From Octopus sinensis (taxonomy: Eukaryota), in the NCBI RefSeq assembly GCF_006345805.1, contig NC_043008.1:14880001-14944000 (forward strand): a stretch of 64,000 bases of DNA, in the 5' to 3' direction. The position numbers and the translations under genes are program-made. Under the pieces are notes generated by a model that had not been told where the DNA came from, ran no database searches, and saw only the letters and a list, made by a program, of their open reading frames with translations. Shown piece by piece: positions 53,827 to 64,000 of this stretch. The stretch's first letter is position 1. Each line of letters starts with the position of its first letter.

Positions 53827-54496
53827 CTAAATTTTCATTTAGGTAAACAGAGTTACTTATCTAAATCTCTTTGTAAAGTTAAGCTTCGTATATAGTCAAT
53901 TGTCACCGCCAAACAAGTCATCGTTCTGGACTTTGTAACAACCACAATTCTTCCGAAAATGGGTAAAATTTGTTTTTGAAGACGTATATTACTACATCAA
54001 CAAGCGAATTAAAGCCTTGCACTCCCTCTTGCCTGACGGAATTTTGCTTTAGCTTAGCAACACAACATCAAGATTTTTAAGCGTTAAAAATTTTGCTTTT
54101 TAAATTTGGATCTTTGAACTTCAGCTGGGTTTACACAAGATTATCACCCGTGTCAAATAATGCACATTTTAATACTCGGACGTTTTTCATATCATTCAAG
54201 TCTTTCCTTCCAGTTACAACATAATTAACCACGAGTCAAATTTTTTTTTGGAATTGGATGCATTGAAGTTCCTTTGTAAATTTCTTTATATTTAAAGAAT
54301 CTGTTACAAGCAAACAAATTCAATTCCATACACATTTCCAGCAAAAGTAAACCATTTCGCCCTATTATGTCCTAAACAGTTCCATATCAAAATTTTCTCC
54401 AGCTCCTGTGATAACTTCCCGAGAATTATTACCGTATATGGTGGCATAAAAGACGCATATCTTTTATCCTTTTGTTCCCTTTTATTCTTTTAGAGA

Positions 54497-54903
54497 TACT
54501 CTTACTCTTTTACTTGTTTCAGTCATCTGACTGCAGCCATGCTGGAGCACCGCCTTTAATCGAGCAACTCGACCCCGGGACTTATTCTTTTGTAAGCCCA
54601 GTACTTATTCTATCGGTCTTTTGCCGAACCGCTAAGTAACGGAGACATAAACACACCAACATCGATTGTCAAGCAATGTTAGGGAGACAAACACAGACAC
54701 ACAAACACACACACGCATATATATATATATACATATATACGACGGACTTCTTTCAGTTTCCGTCTACCAAATCCACTCACAAGGCTATGGTCGGCCGGAG
54801 GCTATAGTAGAAGACACTTGCCCAAGGTGCCACGCAGTGGGACTGAACCCGGGACCATGTGGTTGGTAAACAAGCTACTTACCACACAGCCACTCCTGCG
54901 CCT
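54497..54903 (-). mobile_element. SINE family A, full length
   Basis: Near-consensus copy. Confidence 0.93.
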
Positions 54904-55200
54904 ATGTTTCACTAGAACACATTTTACCGCAGTAGTTGCCATGGGGCAAACTCTGACATTGGCTTTTTGGTGCAAAATGCACTCTTGTTTATATCACTTG
55001 CGGGGAAATAAATCCCCACTACCTCCAGCGCCTAGGCTACCAGATCACGCGATTTCGACCTTGTTTGGTCTTGTCAATGATGGACACTTCACCGCTAGAA
55101 GCAGCAACGATTCATCTCCCCGTCAGCGATAGTGTCAGAACAGGCGCTGGTGCCTCGATTAAGTATCTCAACCAACAATGATTGTCAAGCCGTGACGGGG

Positions 55201-55259
<59 letters not shown>

Positions 55260-55849
55260 CCATACATGCATACAAAACGGGCTTCAGCACAATTTCCATT
55301 GACCAAAATTCATTCACAAAGCATTGATCGGCCCGGGCAGAAACAGTAAAAAATAAAAAAAAAACAAAAAAAAACAGGATGGTCGCGGCCGGAACATTTT
55401 TAGTAATAGGTTTGCATAATCACGGTTAAACTTACGCCAAAACGTCATCAACAAGAATAAGAACAACAACAACTACAACAACAACAAACATCCAGAACGG
55501 GCGAAAAAAAAAACGATAAGCAATTTACCAATATTTTCTTCTTCAGAATTGATCTCTTCCTCTTGCTATTCTCCGTCCTTTTGTTAATAATCTATAACAA
55601 TTCACACTGAATATTGAACATCATCGACCTCATTTATCCCCCAGAGTTCAATCTTTTTGCACCTAAAAATAAAAAGAGCTTTCTTTGATCTTCCTACGAA
55701 TAAAGGTTGAAAGAAAAACAAAATACGGAAAATGGAAGACCAGGCTATCGCTATCATGCTCATTATAAACTCTCATCACTCACGCCACAGTTTCCATTAA
55801 AATTAAAACATCGCAGCCATTATCTATCTGCCCCTCTCTCTTTTTTTGC

Positions 55850-55930
<81 letters not shown>

Positions 55931-55943
55931 CATCCATCCATCC

Positions 55944-55998
<55 letters not shown>

Positions 55999-56256
55999 AC
56001 GATCCCTATTGATCGTTTTTTTCCTCTCCCCCTTTTTTCCTCCTTTTTCTTCTTTTTAAATTTTTCTTTTCTTTTTTCTTTCCCTTTTTTCTTTTTTTCC
56101 CTTTTTTCTTTTTTTTCTTTTTTTTGTTCTTTTTTCCATTTTACGATCCCTTTTGATCGAAAACCTACGCCACCTTTTTTTCCTCCCCCCAAAGAAAAGC
56201 TCTACCTTGTAACTTGTCCCATTTGTGTGCAGCCCTGTGTGGCCAATAAAGAAACT
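55999..56256 (+). mobile_element. 3' UTR-only copy of the Tx1-like LINE embedded in (TATC)n
   Basis: ACGATCCCTATTGA...CCCAAAGAAAAGCTCTAC...GCCAATAAAGAAAC matches 35963-36124; (TATC/CATC)n at 55850-55998 and 56257-56341. Confidence 0.85.
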
Positions 56257-56289
56257 TATCTATCCATCCATCCATCCATCCATCCATCA

Positions 56290-56343
<54 letters not shown>

Positions 56344-56383
56344 TTTAGTTGGCTGGAGTAATTCGTGCCCCTAATAATAATGT

Positions 56384-57104
56384 ACATATAGAGCAGATAT
56401 ATATTAATACTCACAAGTAAGACATTGTGATTCGAGACTTACGTACAGTAGTGGAAATCAGTTGTCCGGCAGGTGTCAACGTAAAACTAAAGATTGGTTT
56501 GTAATTTTGGCATTTTGGCACAAGACCATCAAGTTCGGGAAAGAGACTAAGTGGAACTCCGGTCGATGCGTAACTGGTACTTATATTTAATAATGAAAAA
56601 CAAAGTCGACCTCGGCGGAATTTGAACTGAGAACGTATAGACGAACGAAATGTCGTAAACCATTTCGCCCGATGACGTAACGATTCAGCCAGATCATCTG
56701 AACCCGGAAACCATGTGGTTGGTAAGCAAGCTACATACCACACAGCCACTCCTGCGCCTATATGCAAAACTTTTGGAAATTGTTACATAATTTGATAGTT
56801 ACATTAATAACTTGTATTTGTAATCTTTAATTAGCTTGTCATTGGTTTTGAGAACCCTAATAGATTGATTCTCTGGCAATTGGTTACATATTCTTGTACA
56901 CGAATAATTACAGGTACAAATCTGAACTTGTTATCCGAATGGAGTAGCTGTAAATTTCTCTATAGTTCAGCTCAGGTGTTTTCTTTTTCATCGATCTTTA
57001 GTTTTACGTTGACACCCGCTGGACAACTGATTTCCACTACTGTACGTAAGTCTCGAATCACAATGTCTTACTTGTGAGTATTAATTTATATCTGCTCTAT
57101 ATGT
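56384..57104. repeat. 111-bp inverted repeat pair around a spacer of about 500 bp
   Basis: Arms 56384-56494 and 56994-57104; I count 3 mismatches by eye. Confidence 0.9.
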
Positions 57105-57195
57105 CTCCTATCTGTCTTTCTGTCTGAGGGTATGTTTCTATCCATCTATCCGTCCGTCTGCCTGTCTGTATGTCTGTCTACGTGCTTGTTTTTCT

Positions 57196-57797
57196 TCTTT
57201 GTTTTTTACTATCCACAAGGGGCTACACACAGAGGGGACAAACAAGGACAGACAAACGGATTAAGTCGATTATATCTACCCCAGTGCGTAACTGGTACTT
57301 AATTTATCGACCCCGAAAGGATGAAAGGCAAAATCGACCTCAGCGGAATTTGAACTCAGAACGTAACGGCAGACGAAATACTATTTCTTTACTACCCACA
57401 AGGGGTTACACACAGAGGGGACAAACAAGGACAGACAAAGGGATTAAGTCGATTATATCGACCTCAGTGCGTAACTGGTACTTAATTTATCGACCCCGAA
57501 AGGATGAAAGGCAAAGTCGACCTCAGCGGAATTTGAACTCAGAACGTAACGGCAGACGAAATACCTATTTCTTTACTACCCACAAGGGGTTAAACACAGA
57601 GGGGACACACAAGGACAGACAAACGGATTAAGTCGATTATATCGATCCCAGTGCGTAACTGGTACTTAATTTATCGACCCCGAAAGGATGAAAGGCAAAG
57701 TCGACCTCAGCGGGATTTGAACTCAGAACGTAACGGTAGACGAAATACTGCTTAGCATTTCGCTCGGCGTGCTAACGTTTCTGCCATCTTGCCGCAT
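57196..57797 (-). mobile_element. SINE family B trimer
   Basis: Three units; perfect 17-bp TSD TACGTGCTTGTTTTTCT at 57179-57195 and 57798-57814. Confidence 0.93.
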
Positions 57798-58577
57798 TAC
57801 GTGCTTGTTTTTCTACCTTTCTCTTTGCCAATCTGTCTGTCTCTCAGCCTGTTTACCTGTCTGCCTGCCTGTCTGCTTACTTGTCTGGTGGTCTGCTCGT
57901 CTGTTTGTCTGGCCAACTCTAACTATAGGTAATTCAAACATGCTTCATTGAGTTCTGTTTACTCCCCAACTCTTCCTCCCACCGTTTCCATCACCCTTCT
58001 CTCTCATATCTCTACCATCGAACAAACTCTATAGAAATCTACTCTGAAGAGAATCGCTTAAAGTAAATCAAACTTCAGACGGACTTTATGTGGCTTAATC
58101 AATACCAGAAATGTTTGAAAAGCAGGGAGAATTTCCGAATCTTATAGCCTTCCCCTCTTACCGCACGCATCCTCCTCTCTCAAATTCCATTTTGTTTGGC
58201 TGCCATCATTATCAAGAGTTGGCTATTTTTACGACCGACATAACATATGTCATTGCTGTTTATTGTGATGGTCGCTCAAAGTAACATAACAACTATACTT
58301 ATTTTATAACTAGCAATAAAGCCTACCGTTTGGAAAACGGATATTTCCACTTTTTTTTCTTTTTTCTTTTTTTTTTTTTTGTGGCGTAAAATTTTATTTC
58401 AGAATTCTCGGGAATTTGTAAATCAATAAAATATAGGGACTTCTCATTGTCACCCATTTTTTTTGGTTTTTATCGAGGTGAAAAAGCAATAGACTTATCT
58501 AAACAGAAAGAAAATTAAAAAAATAAACAGACCAGAGAAACGAAAAATATAAAGAACAAAAATCACACACACACACA

Positions 58578-58636
<59 letters not shown>

Positions 58637-58852
58637 CACACAGAGTGACGAATCGTGCAGTGAGATCTACTGGGGCTGTGAAAGTATATCTTTTCTGAGT
58701 GAAGCAGTGTAATTTGAGATAAAACTCCCCCCTTTAGGTAATCAATCACTTTCCCGCTTCTTCCTGACATACTTTCTTGACCGCCATTACTCAAAAATTC
58801 CACGACATTGCCCTTTCTCTCTCTTCTCCCTCTGTCACTGTCTATCTACCAG

Positions 58853-58902
<50 letters not shown>

Positions 58903-59281
58903 GCGTTTTCCTCTCTCTACTCCTCATTAATAGCTAGCTCATTCAATCATTCTCAACATAGCACAATCGTAGATTTTATCTCACGTCTCGCGTCCCACGC
59001 ACACCTTTTCTCTTAATATCTTCCGAACAATACACTGGTGTTAAATTGTTGTCACCTACGCATATAACATACGCGCGCACATACACAAAGACACCTTCAT
59101 TGGAAAGCACATACATACTTACATGCATACATACATACATATATATATATAATAAATAAAATAAAGCATATGCATATATATAAACATATATGTACGTACC
59201 TACCTATACATGTACATATACACGCATATATGAGTACAGGACACCAAAAAGACGTCGAACACAATGAGAAACGAAAACATA

Positions 59282-59354
<73 letters not shown>

Positions 59355-59372
59355 GCATTCTTACATACAAGT

Positions 59373-59403
<31 letters not shown>

Positions 59404-60132
59404 CATAATACATACATACATAATACATACATAGGCATATATATACGTACGTACATATATACATACAGTCATATGTGTATATATATATATTACCTGCATA
59501 CTTGCATACATACATAAGTACATACATACGTACGTACATACATACATACATAAGTACATATATAGACATATATATATATATATATATATGTATATCGATT
59601 CACTCATATGTATATACGTATATTACATGCATACATGCTTACCTACATATATGCATACATACACACATAGGTGAATACATACGCATAAACATACGTTCAT
59701 ACATAGGCATATATATATACGTACATACATACATTCATATGTATATACATACATTAGACGCATACATGCATACGTACACACATAGGTACATATATATACA
59801 TACGTACTTACATAGACACATATATACGTACGTACATATATACATACACTCATATGTGTATATATATATTATCTGCATACTTGCATACAGACATACATGT
59901 ATACGCACATACATACATACATACATACATACATACACACATGAACATATACGTACATATAGACATATGTATCTAGAACCTTCACATATGCATACATACA
60001 GACACAGGCATACACTCACACACATATATGCATATTATATGCATACACAAACATATACATACGCGGACACATACACATATACACAAAAGCATAAAAGACA
60101 TAGATACGCGCATAGGTACGCATATACATATA

Positions 60133-60370
60133 CAGTAATCCTTCGCCATATCGCGGTTCACCTATCGCGGTTCACTTTTCGCGGTTCACTTATCGCGGTT
60201 TATTATTTAAGCTTACGTCGATTCCCGTGTGGTGTTGTTTTGCATTTATAACAAAATATATACAAATTATAAAAAAATAAAAAAAATATATAGTACTGTT
60301 TCTACTTCGCGGATTTTCACCTATCGCGTGGGTTTTGGAACGTAATACCGCGATAGCCGAGGGATTACTG
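60133..60370. mobile_element. Tigger/pogo-like MITE
   Basis: TA-CAGTAATCCTTCG...CGAGGGATTACTG-TA; internal 14-bp repeats containing TCGCGGTTCAC. Confidence 0.85.
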
Positions 60371-60438
60371 TATAGGCATTAGTAGATATAAGCACTCATA
60401 TTACATATGGATACAGCATATTTATACACATATACATG

Positions 60439-60470
<32 letters not shown>

Positions 60471-61722
60471 CGCATATACATATGTTCATACATAGGCACA
60501 TATATACGTACATACATACATTCATATGTATATACATACATTAGACGCATACATGCATACGTACACTCATAGGTACATATATATACATACGTACTTACAT
60601 AGACACATATATACGTACGTACATATATACATACACTCATATGTGTATATATATATTATCTGCATACTTGCATACAGACATACATGTATACGCACATACA
60701 TACATACATATATACATACATACAAACATACATACATGCATACATACATACATACATACAAACATACACACACACATACATACATACATACATACATACA
60801 CACAGGAACATATACGTACATATATACATACGTATCTAGAACCTTCTCATATGCATACATACAGACACAGGTATACACTCACACACACATGCATACTATA
60901 TGCATACACAAACATATACATACGCGGATACATACATACATACATGCATACATACATACATACAGACAGACAGACATGCATGGATACATACATACATACA
61001 TACATACAACATACATACATACATACATACAGACAGACAGACAGACAGAGAGACAGACATGCATAGATACAGACATGCATGGATACATACATGTATGCAT
61101 ACATACATGCATACATTTATACACGCTTTTAGATCTCGAAAAATCCTATATCTAAAGTGAGAAAAATCACACGTCCACATATGTTAGAAGAAGAATAGTT
61201 TCTGAGATTGGTAAGAGGAAATTTCCTTCAAATCTGAGATTTGGGTCGAATATATATAGCAATTGAAAAGACAAAAAATATCCGCGAATCAACTAGCCTC
61301 AAAACCGGAGTCATTTCCTGAGGTGTTAAAAAGATTCAAGTCCACCACATCAAAATAAGATTTCTTTCTTTTTTTGCCATGAGTGAAGTGGAATGTCCAT
61401 GATCCTTTCACAGGGTCTTCGAGCTTGAAGAGAGGGTTTTACTCAAATCAGAGATTTGCTTAAAGCATGTTACAGTATCCTGTTACAGTATACAAAACCA
61501 CCAGAGAATCAAGTAGAGGTGTTAAAAAATTTAAAGCCCACAACATCTAAATAGGAATTCTTTCTTTTTGTCAGGAGGAAGTTGAATGTCCATGATCCTT
61601 TTACAGAGTCTTCGGAATTGAAGAGAAGTTTTGCTCTCTCTTCCTCTTCTCTCTACACCTTTCTAAATCTTTCTCCCTGTCTCCTCTCAGCGCCTTTTCT
61701 ACTTCTCTCTTTCCCTTTCTCT

Positions 61723-61761
<39 letters not shown>

Positions 61762-61957
61762 CTGCATATCACTGCCTTTCACTCTCTCTTTCCCTTTACC
61801 ACTCAGTCTCCCCCCTCTCTCTCTCTCAAACGTTCTTCATTTAGCTCTTTCTTCGTCTCTCTCTCTCTCTCTCTTTCCCCCTCTCTCCCTTCCTCTGTAC
61901 CTCTCTCGATCTCGATTTATTTCAGCTCTCTTTCCGACACCCTCTCTCTTCCTCCTC

Positions 61958-62256
61958 CTCTCTCTGTATCTCTCCCACTTCTATACCTCTCTCTATACCT
62001 CTCTCTGTATCTCTCCCCTCCTCCTCCCCACTTCTATACCTCTCCTCTGTATCTCTCCATCTCCCCCACTTCTATACCTCTCTCTGTATCTCTCCCCACT
62101 TCTATACCTCTCTCTGTATCTCTCTCCCACTTCTATACCTCTCTCTGTATCTCTCTCCCACTTCTATACCTCTCTCTGTATCTCTCCCCACTTCTATACC
62201 TCTCTCTATACCTCTCCCACTTCTATACCTCTCTCTGTATCTCCCCCCCACTTCTA
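61958..62256 (+). repeat. About 30-bp pyrimidine-rich minisatellite (CTCTCTGTATCTCTCCCACTTCTATACCT)n
   Basis: Directly visible, roughly eight variant units. Confidence 0.9.
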
Positions 62257-62910
62257 TTATTATCATCTGATGAAAGCTGTGGTGGTGGTGGTGGTGGTAG
62301 TGGTGATGGTGGTGGTGGTGAGGGGGCTTTACCAACCAGAATCTCAAACACGACACCTTCGACATGATAACATTATAACATCTACATCTTTTTACTCATT
62401 TTTTTTCTTCTTTTTACAAGTCAAATGTTAAAGATTAAAAAAAAAACAAAAAACAAAAAAAAAAAACAAAAAAAAAACAAAATAAAAAAAATACTAATTA
62501 CAAATGAAACAACAAGTGCGTAATTAATGAATAAAATACTGGTGTACTAATGAATAACTTAAAGTTGTCAAGACTGATATAGAACTAAAACTGCTGTAGA
62601 CATGTTTTTGTGCTTTTTAATACAAAATCAAAAACGAAACAAAACGAGAATGAACGATTTTCTAGATTTTCAGATAAGGCGACTTGATTTTCGCAGATAA
62701 AATCTAGATATGTGTTGTACGTTTGCTTGTAATTAGTTACTTGTAATAAGTTACGAGCGCAGGCTTGGCTCTTTGGTTAAGATGCTCACTTCACAAACAG
62801 ACTTATTCGGGGTTCTTTTCCCCCCTGCGCGGTACGATGGGGGCCGGGCCAATGCTTTCTACCACAACATCGGAGTAACCAAAGCTTGATATATTTTGAC
62901 GTTATATATA

Positions 62911-63465
62911 TTGAGTTGTCCGGAAAGTTCGTGCCGATTTTTAAAGGAAAGAAAAAGGTCAATAAATACTTGCCGTTACATTTTTAATCAACCAAATATG
63001 AACCATTTTGTTGCACAATGCATCTCCATCTTTTCTTTAACTTGAAAATACCCTCTTCCCAGAACTGAGGTGGCTTCATGGCAAAGAATTCATCAAGGTA
63101 TCTTTTTTTGTCAACCAAGGCAGTGATATTTTTACTATTAAGACTATTCAGCAGAGACCTGAATAAGTGAAAATCCGAAGGAGCAATATCTGGTGAATAA
63201 GGAGGGTGGGGTAACACACCCCAGTAATTTTTGTCTGGTTCCCAAAGCATCAAGTGCCGAAAATGAACATTATTATCTTCCATTTTAAAGGGTTACAGAA
63301 TTAACACAGGTTATAGGAATATAAACCTTCTTCCACGAAAAGATAGCTTAAACTGTGCTCTAAATGGAGGTGTAGTAAAATCCTATTTTCTGACCTCAAC
63401 CATGTTCTAAAATAAGTCGAAATGTAAGCTGCTATAAATCGGCACGAACTTTCCGGACAACTCAA
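62911..63465 (-). mobile_element. Internally deleted mariner transposon
   Basis: Perfect 30-bp TIRs TTGAGTTGTCCGGAAAGTTCGTGCCGATTT, TA on both sides; ORF 62984-63283 contains HPPYSPDIAPSDFHLFRSL, the mariner motif around the third catalytic Asp. Confidence 0.95.
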
Positions 63466-63468
63466 TAT

Positions 63469-63730
63469 TACTCTTTTACACTTTTACTTGTTTCAGTCAT
63501 TTGACTGTGGCCATGCTGGAGTCTTTAGTCGAGCAAATCGACTCCAGGACTTATTCTTTGTAAGCCTAATACTTATTCTATCAGTCTCTTTTGTCGAACC
63601 ACTAAGCTACGAGGAGGTAAACACATCAGCATCGGTTGTCAAGCGATATTGGGGGGACAAACACAGACACACAAACATTCACACACACACACACTCACAC
63701 ACACACATACACAAACACACACGCACATAC
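63469..63730 (-). mobile_element. SINE family A, 3' half
   Basis: Tail and body up to the internal (CA)n tract. Confidence 0.85.
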
Positions 63731-63917
63731 ACATGAGCTTGACTTCATGGACTATATCTTCTCTGAATTCATGGCCCCTCTCTATGACAGAAATCGTTAT
63801 ATTTCTTAATATATCGCGGGCGATGGTTTAGCAGGTTTGGTACAACGATGGACAAGAATCTTTGCAGCACTCAATTATAGTCACCACGTTTTGGGTTCAA
63901 ATCCTACTGAGACCTGA

Positions 63918-64000
63918 GGCGCAGGAGTGGCTGTGTGGTAAGTAGCTTGCTTACCAACCACATGGTTCCAGGTTCAGTCCCACTGCGTGACACTTTGGGC
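63918..64000 (+). mobile_element. SINE family A head, cut by the window end
   Basis: GGCGCAGGAGTGGCTGTGTGG...GGTTCAGTCCC. Confidence 0.9.

Noticed and set aside
53830-54450. Unique-looking stretch that might be a decayed coding sequence on the minus strand
   Set aside because: The frames I read have multiple stops and no motif I recognise; BLASTX would be needed.
61582-62367. 261-aa Ser/Leu/Pro-rich ORF
   Set aside because: Translation of CT-rich and minisatellite sequence with a non-ATG start.

Overview
AT-rich, repeat-saturated eukaryotic genomic DNA. The SINE families and the density of (TA)n, (CA)n, (TATC)n and (TAT)n tracts look like an octopus (coleoid cephalopod) genome; this is inferred from recognising the repeats, not from a search. 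Nearly all ORFs in the supplied track are microsatellite or SINE artefacts. The one host gene I can support is absent from that track: the last two coding exons of a + strand synaptobrevin/R-SNARE gene, most like VAMP4 (4448-4499 and 7473-7498, giving ...TKIIIGMVILIVLAVIIIPIIIQNS*), with a probable 3' UTR to about 10.1 kb. The rest is mobile-element landscape: four SINE-type families, decayed RTE and Tx1/L1-clade LINE pieces, mariner, Tigger, hAT and Merlin-like MITEs, a Helitron and a 100-N gap. Best leads: (1) a tRNA-SINE that forms head-to-tail multimers restarting at one internal GTATTTCG site inside a single TSD; (2) a Tx1-like LINE apparently tied to (TATC)n microsatellites; (3) minimal hammerhead-ribozyme-like motifs with a non-canonical core; (4) a MITE carrying (TTAGGG)n; (5) nested inverted repeats around the VAMP transmembrane exon. 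Family names A-D are my working labels. Boundaries of degenerate repeats are approximate.
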